DNA of 64,000 nucleotides from Takakia lepidozioides (Eukaryota; Plantae; Bryophyta): NCBI GenBank assembly GCA_030704615.1, contig CM060731.1, positions 73,036,001 to 73,100,000 of the forward strand, read 5' to 3'. Shown piece by piece: positions 1 to 11,699 of this stretch (position 1 is its first letter; each line of letters starts with the position of its first letter). The notes under the pieces were generated by a model. It saw only the letters and a program-made list of their open reading frames with translations, ran no database searches and was not told where the DNA came from. The position numbers and the translations under genes were made by a program.

Positions 1-149
1 GCTGACCTGCAGAATATCCCAGCCCAAAACCCCGGACTGATTGGCCTCCACCAAGAGAGGCTTTGGCAACTACAAGTACAAGGTAATGAAACTAGTACAG
101 AGATGGAAGGGAAGAATAGAAGCCCGACCAAGCAAGATCTAATCCTGAT

Positions 150-797
150 CTATGCTATCAACTGCCAGACTTCTCTCAAAGTGCCTCGCTCTGCATGATG
201 GTAAGGTGTAGGAGGTATATCTATGTCCAGAAACCTGCCACTAACCTTGTCCCAAACTACAGTAGCTCGCTCTAACCAACCCTCCTCCTCTTTCTGCCAG
301 GTATAGACAAAGCAATACTCCCCTATCTCCCGCTCACTGAACACTAAAGAAAACAAAGGTAGGGTCTGATAGTCTCTCAACTCAAAAGCTTTGAGACGGT
401 TGCGGGTGTCCTCATTGCGAATGACTGCATCTCCTTCACGCACAACAAACATGTCATTGCTAATGAACCCCCGTTCGTGGTTGCCCTATGCAGAGCATAT
501 CCGGCTGCAACCATGTCTGATTGCACAAACTTGTGTAGCTCCTGCTCCTCTGCTCCAGTACACCACGGCCTTGTGGCTGAACACCTTGGTCCCCGGGGCT
601 GTCTTTGGCTGTGTTCCAAGCCTAGCTTTCACCCACTTTGGTATTTCACCTACAACTGCAGAACTGCTGGCTCCAACAGAGTTCTGACTGTCCAAGGCGA
701 TATTGAGGCCCTCAATGCCAACTACAGCAGTCTGTTGTCTACTGCTAATGCCTGACTCCCAGTATGCAATCAACTCGTCCAATTGTTCTCCACTCAA
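150..797 (-). pseudogene. Unidentified reading frame of about 215 codons interrupted by one in-frame stop
   Basis: ORFs 486..797 and 150..452 are in the same frame (offset 345 nt) and separated by one TAG at 486-488. Composition is protein-like but no family is recognised. Confidence 0.3.
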
Positions 798-1128
798 ATT
801 AGATCTAGATAGATAGATTTCCCCTTTTTGCAGCTATCCCTCCAAAAACTGAGTCAAACAGAGTCCATCTGACAAAGTTATGACCAATTAGGCTCTAAAT
901 CATTTAAATTAGATCGAAAGGTTATTTATTTATTTATTTATTTTTATTTTTAACACCGAAACGTTCTCGCCATTACAAACCGTTCCCAGGTTTCATTTGT
1001 AGTTACAGGTGCACCACCACAGGCTTGTCGCTCTAGCTCGCAGGTCTTGCACAGATCTTTGCACACAGCGCCCGTCTCTGAAGCTTCGCCTATAGTTTGT
1101 GCAGATTTTGATACGGTTTGCTTCAATA

Positions 1129-1619
1129 ATGGCTGCCTGTGCTGCATCTTCCTGGTGGCCACTGGCATTCCCACTCTGTCCAGAAGCAAGAAGGTTGCAA
1201 GAGTGGCCTCCGTCCAGGCCAGCTTCCCCAGCCTGCGATCTGGCAACCGACTGCATTCCCTGGCAATGAGCAACCGGTCGTTTTCGAGCCAAACTAGAAT
1301 CGCCAAGTCCTCGGCGAAGACCACATGCAATGCAAAGGTTGTGATCTCCTTGAGCACCGGAGCTCTTCTGTTTCTGGGACGATTTGTGTTCCTCCCCTTC
1401 CAGAGAGACAATGTTGCAAGGCAAGGACTCCCTGTACAAAATGGCGTTACTCACTTTGAGGCCGGTGATAGCCGGGCACAGGAGGTCGTTGGCTTTTTGA
1501 AGACGAATGACCCCGCTGGTTTCACCCTCGTCGATGTGCTTGCTTGGGGAGCTCTGGGTCATGCCATTGGTTTCACCATCCTGGCCATTGCAACCAATGA
1601 TTATGAGCCTACCTTTTAG
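1129..1619 (+). pseudogene. PSAG: Photosystem I subunit G copy with a frameshift in the transit peptide
   Basis: Translation includes [71 protein letters not shown], typical of PsaG. The likely start ATG at 1129 (MAACAASS) is one base out of frame with the rest. Confidence 0.88.
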
Positions 1620-1696
1620 ACTCGGCAGCGCCTGCATTGGCCGTCTCGCGCTCCTTCTAGCTTCTGCTGATCCGAGAGAGAGAGCAGGCAGGAGCC

Positions 1697-1885
1697 ATGA
1701 GTTTTTGGTTTCACCAGGTGGTGGAGCGAGCACTACCTACCCCAACCGATGAGCAGCCAAAGGCGTACCGCATGACGTTGTGGGCGACCAACGAAGTGCG
1801 GGCAAAGTCCAAGTTTTGGTACTTCCTCAGGAAGTTGAAGAAGGTGAAGAGGTCACACGGGCAGATTCTTGCCATCAATGAGATC
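1697..1885 (+). pseudogene. RPL18A: 60S ribosomal protein L18a (eL20), 5' fragment preceded by UTR-like sequence
   Basis: [59 protein letters not shown] matches the plant RPL18a N-terminus. It is truncated at about 1885 and contains no intron. Confidence 0.92.
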
Positions 1886-1978
1886 TCCGTCTCTCCGTGT
1901 CTCTCTCCATCCGTCAGCGACAGCAGAGATTTGTTGCCGATGCAGGAAAGAACTTGGGTGTGAGGAAAGCAGAGCGAA

Positions 1979-2252
1979 ATGCCGCACTCGAGGCTATCAG
2001 CGAGAGTTGACTCTCCCACTATAGATGTGCTGGTGGACTTGGGCCATCCTTTTTTGAACTACACTTTGGACGGCTTCATCAAGATTGGAGGGGTGGAAGC
2101 TACTCATGGAACATTGCTAGAGGCCTTCTCAATGTTGAAGAACGAAAGGGTGACAAAGTGTGATCACTTTTAATCACGACAAGATGATTCGCACGGCAAT
2201 CACTGGTGGCGCCATAGCCACTGCTTCAAAGTTGATTCGGTACCTCACCTAG
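1979..2252 (+). pseudogene. OEP16: Outer envelope pore protein 16 (Tim17/22/23 family), internally deleted copy
   Basis: N-terminal SPTIDVLVDLGHPFLNYTLDGFIKIGGV and C-terminal KMIRTAITGGAIATASKLIRYLT-stop match OEP16. The middle of the protein is missing. Confidence 0.82.
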
Positions 2253-2635
2253 GTTGCCATTGTATGGATTAAATTCTCCGGGCCTTTACGGAAACCCCTC
2301 CGAGAAGCAGATGAGGCTCTCGGCATATTGCCCGTCAGATTCTGCTTGTAAATCAATCTTGTTAGCCAGCGATTGCAGGGCTTGCACCTGAAGCTCCAGG
2401 AACATCAATAATCAGCAATCTCCTCCAGCAAAATGGCTTTAAGCGGAACTCACTGGCTCAATGAGTTCCAGATCAATAACCTTTCCAAACCTGCCTTCAA
2501 ATGCTCACCCCTGAGATCAGAACTCCTGCCAAACACAACTGTCAGATGCTCAATCTGCACAGTTGATGAGAACACCTGTGCCACATATCCTCAGACATCA
2601 TCTTTTAATTAAATTGCTCAAAGCACTCGCTTGCA

Positions 2636-3370
2636 TGTGACGTTCCTACACATATCCGCCACTTCACCATAGCGTAACCGTCACCGACCAAAGATCCATC
2701 CAGCCCAAGACGGGGCCTTTGCACCTGGGAACCATAGAGGCCTATCCGCCGACCCAGTCTTCTTAGACCCAAACAACAGGTCCAGCCCACCTGCTTGTTG
2801 TAAAAAGCTTGGACCCGCTACATTCCCAGGAGGTTAGAACTGTTGTAGCGACACTTCGAGTGGTTCCTGCCTTTCTGTTATGCTCCACTAGGCACACATA
2901 GCCAGTCTAACTACCGGCTCTCGTGACCAAGCTATATTATAATATTGCTTAAAAACAAAAACGTCACATCTAGTTTAGCACTAGAAAACTAGATACAGGT
3001 CATCTCTCTCGAGTGATAAGAAAGCTAAAAACATAGTGTTGACATAAGAAACAACATGAATCCAACAGCATCACTCTTTAAAATAGAAGTCGAGCCAGGG
3101 GCACCCCAAGCTATGGGGACTCCACCCCACAACAACCTACACTTCCCATCATAAGTACACTCAGATCTAAACGCATGCAGGAGCTCGGTCGCGCAGGCTC
3201 AACTCGAGAGAGATGAGCTGCGCGACTGACGCTCTCGTGAAGATAAGATAGTTCAGGTGTCAAGCTCAAACTTGACACCTGACTTAACACTTGAACTAAA
3301 TCCAAGTGTTAAATACAAATAACTAGTTTTATTCTAGTTAGTTTCACACTGTGCTTATTTAACTTGACAA
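2636..3370 (-). mobile_element. Partial LTR of the PHD-gypsy family, reverse orientation, 5'-truncated
   Basis: About 3020-3370 is a close reverse-complement match to 26062-26410. The lower boundary (..GGAACGTCACA on the minus strand at 2636) is tentative. Confidence 0.75.
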
Positions 3371-4049
3371 GCGAGACACGTGTGCTATGGCAGATTTCAC
3401 ACGTGGTGACTACATGACTCGCTCATATGACTACAGGGATGTCTACATGGAGAGTTGTTAGCGGGACTCATGTTGCACTTGAGATGTGACATGTGGCACA
3501 CAGACAAAATATATGACTAGCATATATGACTACGGATCTTTACACGTGGTGAAAATATGGATAAAGAATGTCGTGTCATATACTGCCACGTGTTCTGGTT
3601 TGAGCAAGAGTGATGTCACGTGTCATCAAGATTGTTTTCCGAAATAGTTTATATTTTTAATGTTCATATTTTAATTTTTAGTTTTCATTTAATATTTAAA
3701 AGAACAGGGAGATTGCAGCCTTGGATTTTTTTTTAATGGTATTATTTTTAATATTATTATTTAAAATGAAAGTGAATTAAATGATTTAAAATCTTCATTA
3801 CATGGTGAAATTCCAACATGAAAACAGAATGGATCCCTCCTGCATACTATCAACCACAAGGAGAATGAAAATAGTCAACTACAGGGCAATACAAGCCCTA
3901 TAAATCACATTACAAAAATCCAAATGAAACCAATATCCCAATGGACACCTCAAAAGCCACAAGGTCAAAAAATCCATGCCTCAAAAGGCCCAGCCAAAAA
4001 CAAGCAAGCCCACACATGGGCTGAATTGTTGTAGCTAGTATGTTCTAGT

Positions 4050-7000
4050 GCTATTAGAATCAAGAACTTTGTTAAACAATGCAATACTGACTATCCCTTC
4101 CGCAAGTTTCAGTAACTTTAGACTCCAAAGTGTTGTCTAGCCAACCACCTACCCCAACTCGGTCTGTTTCCTAACACCATTCACATATGGTAGAGGGGTG
4201 TTACTGACACATGCCTCTTTGATGTACACACAGGCATAATCAAGGGGCACAGCAGGGTACCAGTAACCCACCACAGCACCTTGAAGAGCAATAATCAGCC
4301 CTACTCCACATTTCTTGCGTTTGGAGTTCACATCCAACAGCCAAACCTCGTCACCCACCCTGAACTGTGATCCCAACTCCACACAAAAAAGAACACGATG
4401 TGAAAACCCATGACATACACACGACTAAGACACTCAACATTTGCGAGTTAAAGAGAGCCCCAAGGTTAGAAAAAATATAACAGACAAGACAACGGCCTGG
4501 ACTTACTCCATTTGCAGTCTCCAGTGGTGGTGAGACCTCTTTTGGGGGGCTACTCGCTGGGTCGACACTCTTGCCCCTCGTCTGTACCGGCTTGTCGACA
4601 ATATCACCTTTGTTTGTCACAAGTTCCTGTGTCACAGACCAGAGATCAACCAGGAAAGCAATGAGCAAATAGGAATAGTGAATAGAAACAAAATCCAAGT
4701 ATGAATCAAACAAAAAAAGCCAACATGAAAAGCTGCAAAGAAAACCTAGAATTAATCAAGCAACCAAGGAGAAACATCCAGGAAAGCAATGCAATGAATG
4801 AACCCACAAAAATGTAGCCTCTGGAGCACTGTCAGAATGTTTGTACCTTCACAGTAGCAGTGTTGTATGGTTGTTGTCCGAAAACAGGCTGAGACTCCAA
4901 AAACTTGGGAATACTGGCAGCTTTCGATGCCTTCCACAAGAAAGGCCACAACACCTCTGTTAGATACTCATCAGTTGGTGAATCTGGTTGCACCTTCCAT
5001 GGCTCTGGAAAAATCCCACTGAAGGGAGGATTGTTTGCTGCCTTTCTTGGTGTGTCGTCAACGAGAACAGTATCCTCATAAGTCCATTATGGCCAGTCTG
5101 CCCACACTGTAGACAAGTTCTTGAAATATAATGGCTTTGAATCAGACCCCTTACGGCATGGGAGGACTGGATCCTCGTCATAGTGAAGGGCATCCCACTG
5201 GAAAACCAGGTTAGTGTGGGCTGCAAAAATATAGTCCACCATTGGGAAGAAGTTGCGAGCTTGGCAACAAGACCACACCGCCACCTCAAAGTGTTCAAAA
5301 CACTTTTGCAAAAAGTCATAACAGTGTGGTCTCAAAACTACCATCTTCTTGCCACACATCTTCCCCACAAAACCTTTGGGAAGGGATGCAGGCCCATTAG
5401 CAGAATGAAAAGATTCACATAACAGACCATTTAAGTCCAGAATTAGTAAATGCTTCCTCGTTGGTCCAGGAAATAAACTGACATTTGGCTTCAACATGTG
5501 AGCAAGAGAAATTAAAGCAACCTGCTTGTTTGTTTTGTCCCCGTCTGCATCTTCCTCCCCATCTAAACTCCCACATACCTGCATACCAGAATCCGGTATG
5601 CCCGGCGGCTCTGTCACCATTGCCCCCTGGACTGCTACTGCCTTTGTACGTGGCAAGGGCTGAATTTCCACGTGTACCTCACAGCTGGCCTTCCCTGTAT
5701 CCTGCTGCTGCTCGGTCAAATTCAAAAGATCATCAGTGACAGGAAGACATAAGGGCTTAGAGTGAGCACCGGTTACCGTCTGAAATTGGGATTCCAAACA
5801 TTTTGATACTGTCACAGCAGACTTATCCATCGTAGATGTCACTGGTCCTGCGCCTGGTAGATTAATCCCCAATCTGGTCACAATGGCTTTCTGGTACTCA
5901 ATCATACTCTGCATCTGTAATTTATTCTGCCATGTCACGTCCTTGTGATTCCACCAGTTTGTCCAAGCCATCCATCCTGCCAACTACTGTAGAATATGCG
6001 AGACTTCCCTCCTGCCAATCCATGAAAACTTGCCCAAGTATGAATCAAACCAAGAAAACCTAGCATGAACAACCATTGGAAAGAAAACCCAGGCCAAAAG
6101 CCGTGAAAAAAACCCTAGCAACCTATGATGCAGCAACCACTCTAGCAAACGTGGAAAACACACTTACCCGCCTGTCACTCCCAGCTGACAACCGTGACAC
6201 TGAATCCTCTTGAATTTCATATAATGTAGGAGGGCACCCTGATAGTGTTTCCTACAAATTAATCCATGCCACAAACAAACCCATGCCACAAGTCAGTAAG
6301 CAATGTGAGGGCTGACTATATACACATAGCAATTCAATGAGGAACAAAATACAGAGTCGTGATGATGCCACTTACCAAGCGTGCTTCCACCATTGCCTTC
6401 CCACCACGGCCAGTCTTGGTAGGATTCAGAATTGCACCATTTGCCTTCTTCATGTTGCCCGACACTTTGTGGAACACCTCTGTCTGCCAGTAACTTACAA
6501 GCTTGTTCCATACCTCGTCAGATACAGTAATGGGTTTCCCCTTACCACCCAACCACGCAGTGTGTGCTTCATAACGCTGGCTCTTCATTATTCTGCCAAT
6601 TGTTTGTTTTAGGTGGAAGTCTTTTAACTCGTGCGGCGTATATGAAAATAGCTTAGCCAGGTGATCTCTGATTTTGTATACAACTTCATCAGGTTGGTTG
6701 TTGATGGCAAGGGAACAATCTAGCTTGCGATAAGCCTGTCTTTAAGGGCAGCGTGCCATACATTCCGGGTCTGACCATACGGGGCTCCTTTGAGGTTCGT
6801 CAAAATCACCGTGGGAGGAAGACCTGCAGCTATTCTCTCTTCCTTGACCTTGGCAGCTTCAATTTTGGCTGAGCTATTAGCCCTCCTTAAAGCATTGGTT
6901 CTATCATTCTTTGAAATGGCACCCTCCCCTCCTTCAGAGACCTCCGTGCGCTCAGGAGAATTCAAAGCAGGATCCTGCCAAGTAGGGACTGGTGGCCATG

Positions 7001-8210
7001 GCTGTTGGCCAGAAGGCCGAGGACCATACTGGCCATACTGTCCATAAGCAGGAGGATATTCCGGTGGCCTGCCACCCCCATAGCTATTAGGGGGTGGCAA
7101 ATATGGTGGAGGAGGATACTGGCCATACTGCCCATATGGAGGAGCACCATATTGACCCTGACCATACTGAGTGCCAGACTGTGGGTACTGAGGCATACCA
7201 TAATAAGTGGGGGTACTGGTGGCACAGAACCCACAACATTGGGAGAGTTAGGGCCACCTCCTGCGTTCTTGTGGGCGCCATCTCCATTGCTAGCAGCAGG
7301 GATCGTGGATCCAGTGCGCTTGTGCTTGCCTTGAAAAGAAATTCCCCCAGTACAATGTGGGTGATTACACATACATATAGGCAGCAAGCAGCAAATCCTT
7401 GAATTCAGGCAAAACAAACTGGAAGCACATATCATTTGTAAAGACAAGATTACCCAAAACTCAGTATGATCTTGGGCAGTAAATCTCCCAAATTTGATTG
7501 GCCCCAATGATGTCCTCCCAGTACATTTTTGAGCCCTCTTAGGTATGGGGTGTTCCTGAAATCCATAGCAAGAATTCAAATGGACAAACCTGATGGGTCC
7601 ATGAGAAGTATCCCTCCAAGTTTTACTGATATTCTGGGTGCATAAGTAACCCCAAGTATCTCTATAAGTAGCCATTGTAACTTAGTACCAGGACGTTGGT
7701 TTCATGGGGCAAAGAATTTGAACACACCTGAAGTCTACATTGGCCTGACATCATGCCTTTGGCACTTCAACTTGTCTAGTGGAAATCATTTGTGATTGTG
7801 CCTTGGCTGACCCCTGCATTGTCCAACTTCCCTGTCTTGACAGACATACCCTATCTCTTCGTGATTTTACCAAAAACATACATAATTAGAATCATGGTCA
7901 TTGTGAAGAACTATAACTCACAGACGGAGAAGGTGTTCGTAGTGTAGATGATGGGCATTTTTGTCCTGCGACATGAGCATGGGCATGTTCTCCTCGGCTT
8001 GCCATGGCATCCGCCGACGACGCACTCGCCTCGCACTGGCGTGGGAGGAGTGGATCGTCCTCATCGTCCTCAGAAGAGCCCTCATGCAGAATCGTAGTCT
8101 TCATCGTCTTCAGTCTGGCACTTTGCCTTGCAGGACCTTGATCCCTACCTTTTTCCTTCGGAGCGCGTGGCTTGCGAGGGCGATTCGCTCCCGCAAGCCT
8201 GCACAAACAC
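4050..8210 (-). pseudogene. Spliced CACTA TnpA/Ptta-like gene containing an FCP1/SCP (NIF) HAD phosphatase domain and a C-terminal TNP1-like domain
   Basis: Ptta-like KPITVSDEVWNKLVSYWQTEVFHKVSGNMKKAN..TGRGG (6590-6373). GT-AG exons then lead through a coiled coil into LLILDLNGLL..LRPHCYDFLQKCFEHFEVAVWS..TVLVDDTPRKAANNPPFSGIFP (about 5460-4870). The last domain is FRVGDEVWLLD..GVGLI..VPLDYACVYIKEA..TPLPY (4380-4150). Frameshifts near 6738 and 5925, and a stop at 5087. Confidence 0.75.
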
Positions 8211-8777
8211 CTCCATGACCTCCCTCTCAAACAATCACAAACAAATGTAAGCATACATACCCTAATACTCTTAAGCCTACGCTGAACCACAACCGCACCC
8301 TACCAGGACGTAATGCCTGCCCACGAATGACGGCGGACATCTCCCGCCTAATGACACACCCTCCTCAAACCTAATCGTCACTCACTACATGTTGTTTGCC
8401 TCTCTGTTTGTACAAGTCGCAGCTACTCGCCCCCATTTGTGCTATGAAGCTTATGATCGCTGTAGGAAGGTTAGAGGATAAGGCAAATCGCAAGTTTAGT
8501 GGGTGGGTATCCAAAGTCAGGAACTAAACTCACCCATCTATCGACTGCTTGAACGTTGCTTCCACCTCCTTTATGGCAGCAATCCGGCGCTCTCGGAACT
8601 TCTCGTACTCAGTGAGAGGGACTGTCACTTCGAAGACCTTCCGCTTCACCATGGACACTCAGAAACGATACTTATAGTATACTATAGATATAGAAATAGC
8701 ACATTGGCAGTTGGTGCAAAACTAGAGACAATGCACTGTGCGTAGCATGCAAAGAGGGAAGGGGTGACGTTCAAAGC

Positions 8778-10640
8778 ATGTACAGTGTAGGTGGCGAATG
8801 GATGCGTAGGCGTAGAATAGATGACCGTCTATGGCGAATGGAAGAAGCTTATGCCACAAGGAATGGGCATACAAAAATGCTATGCAACTGCGATGAGTGT
8901 CATGGAGGAAAAATACTCTTGTTGGAAACAGTGAGGAATCATTACATGATACACGGGAGGGATCCTCTTCTCCAACGTTGTTCTCTTCCGGTAAGATCGT
9001 CACTTTCCCTTCAGCACTTTAGTTTGAATTTTGAATGCAACGATCCTCTTCTCCACATGTCGACATTTCGTTGGGTGATTGTAGTCAAGAAGTCATAAGA
9101 TACAGACGTGAGTATGACTACGCCACTTCCGTTATCACTTTAATTAATGCACATGTCGTGTTTTCATTGGTCATGTGTAGTCATGTAGTCATATATGACT
9201 AAGTAAGTGACTGCAACTATGACTTCAATGGTTACAAATGTCGTGTTTTGATTGGGTGTATATTCATAAGATACATACGTAAATATGACTGCATCACTGC
9301 AACGTCACCGTGCCTCCTATGTCATAATATGAACAAGTGTCACATCGTTGTTGGTCCACTCACAAGATGACTATTGGGATGCATGGATGTGAATATTCAG
9401 ATGATGAAGACGAAGGCCCTGCGACACATCGGGAGCCCAATGTCACAGAGAACGCAGATGAGAGTGGTGGATTAGAGGTAGAAATGCAGCGTGCATTGCA
9501 GGAAGCGTTTCTCTTTGCAGATGCAAACAGAGAGGACCCCATTCAGAGAGGACCCCATTCACACATTTGCCGATCATGACGATGATCTCGACGATTCCGG
9601 AGACAATGAATTTGATGAGAATGCTCACCTGCACGTTGATCCCGAGTATGATAAACTCTTCCCAGCGTCGCAATGTCCACTTTTTGAAGGGTGCTCCATC
9701 AGCCGGCTACAAGCAACTTTGACGTTGCTGAACGCATGCACTACCCACAAGTGCACCAATGCATTTGTGGATGAGCTTCTGGGATTGTGGCGTAAGAGTT
9801 TTTTGCCTAAAGAGAATTCATTGCCGAAAACTCACTATGAAGCAAAAACCATGATTGCCAAGATGGGATTGCAGTACACGATGATTCATGCCTGTGAGCG
9901 TGGTTGTGTACTCTTCCGTGGGGAGTATGAGAATGTAGACATTTGCCCAGTGTGCCGCAGTTCCCGTTATATTCCAGGTCGTGGAAGTGTGCCCACCCTG
10001 TCATTCCAAGGTTGAAACGTATGTACCGATGTAAATCGATCGCTAACCTCATGACATGGCACGACAGACATAAGAGCCAAGATGGGTTGGTTTGACAGCC
10101 AGCTGATAGCAAAAGCATGGAGACACATTGACACCACATTTGCGGATTTTGCTGCAGAGCCACGATCTCTGCGATTTGGATTGGCCTTAGACGGTGTAAA
10201 TCCCTACGGAGCTCAATCCACAAGTTGGAGCACATGGCCCGTTCTCTTGGTCAATTACAATCTGCCTCTGGTAGTGAGACTTACCATGGTATAGACAATT
10301 AGCTCTAGAGAGCCCTTCACACATGCATCAACCTGATGTGCGTGACCTGCCCGGCAATGATCTCCCGGCAATTAGACCCCAACAGGGCTGTGGCTTCAGG
10401 CTCAGCCTCAAACATTTCAAAGTTGGTGAACAGAGGTGCAGGGACAATGTTCTTGTTACTGATGGCCCAAAATGCAGCCGAGCGGTACCGGTTACTCCAG
10501 AGCAGGTGGCCTCCTTGTACCTCCGAGCACCCCGTATACGTGGTGATGATGTTCAGCCAACCCTTGGAGAAGATGAAGTCTGTGATGAAGACAGTGATAC
10601 ATGTAGTTACCCAGACATAGATGAGGATGATGAAGATTAG
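8778..10640 (+). pseudogene. CACTA TnpD-type DDE transposase (Transposase_21 family), truncated and frameshifted
   Basis: Transposase-associated motif KMLCNCDECHGG..VRNHYMIHG. Core motifs LPKENSLPKTHYEAK..IHACERGCVLFRGEYENVDICPVCRSSRY and AWRHID..FAAEPRSLRFGLALDGVNPY..STWPVLLVNYNLP. Homology breaks at about 10270, followed by an acidic tail to 10640. Confidence 0.92.
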
Positions 10641-11034
10641 ATATGCGCGATTTGTGCACTCTAGTTATAGACCATGCATGATAGTTTAAGGTGGTAACAC
10701 TCCCTTCGCATTCCCATTAAGATATCATGCTTGGACACTGGATTTTATGATCAATTATAGAGTGCTTTCCTTTCAGCACCCTTTATTCATTTGTTGTTGC
10801 AATTGGCTTTGGACCAACCCGTGCTGGTACCATTGCCATGGGTTCTGCCTGCAATGTTTTCTTGCCATGGATTCGGCACACGCCACGAAAGGCCATCCAG
10901 ACCATCCTCTGGAAATGCTCCAATGTTGTTTCAAACATCTCCACATTGCAATGGATACAACCCTGACATTAGATGAGTGAAAGTGAGACTAGACCTCCAG
11001 CCAGCCGGTTTTCCCACATCAAATTGAAGGGGAT

Positions 11035-11142
11035 CTGTAGATTATAGATAACGGCTGTTGCCTTCTCAATGTCTTTTCCAATCACCTCTGCAATGAACTG
11101 GGGTATAAGATCCTTCAAATCACAAGTTTGAGCATCACGCAC
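11035..11142 (-). pseudogene. RPS3A: Captured 40S ribosomal protein S3a (eS1) fragment
   Basis: Manual translation VRDAQTCDLKDLIPQFIAEVIGKDIEKATAVIYNLQ resembles RPS3a CDLK.LV.KFIPE.IG.EIEKAT..IYPLQ. Confidence 0.78.
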
Positions 11143-11699
11143 AAGCCACTTACGGGGATAGAGTTTCCAATGCGAACCATTGGTCTTTTATTGATAGCAT
11201 TGTTGTAAAATACATGGACCAACATGGTCAATTTCGGGAATGACATATAGTACGCTTTCATGTACTATGTAAGCATGCAACTATGTACCAGTGACGTGGC
11301 TTGTTCGCCACTTAAAAGATTTACCTATGATTCCCTGTGGATCAATAACTACAAGAAACCTCCATGGGTAGATGGTCTATTCCGTGGAACTCACTGAAGT
11401 CTTGCATTATGAGGATCAGAACTGCTTGACTTGCACGAGGCCTTGACCCTTAGGCAATCCCCAGAGCAGCAGTAGCTTTTGGGCTGCTTTTTTACTTTGT
11501 GTTTTTCATTTTGTCCCATAAGCTCTTTGAGCTTTCCGCAGATGTAATAAAGTACCATTTTGTTTCATTTCATTCATTTTCATTTCATTTTGTTTCATGG
11601 CATGTCTTTCATCGTTTGTGCATTTCTAATGCATGATTAGTTCTCTTGTATGACATTACTAGTCGACTCACTACAAACACCAAAACTCCAAAGCATGAA

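Larger units (their letters stand above)
3371..10640. mobile_element. Degenerate autonomous-type CACTA/En-Spm body with divergent TnpA-like and TnpD-like genes; left TIR lost at the LTR junction
   Basis: Subterminal TGACT(A/G) and CACGTG motif cluster at 3380-3620, plus the two transposon genes listed next. Confidence 0.8.

Noticed and set aside
993-1733. 246 aa minus-strand ORF
   Set aside because: Antisense shadow of the PsaG/RPL18a pieces with no recognisable motif.
6720-7196. Pro/Gly/Tyr/Gln-rich ORF as an extensin-like host gene
   Set aside because: It runs, via a frameshift, into the Ptta-like domain, so it is the low-complexity part of the transposon gene.
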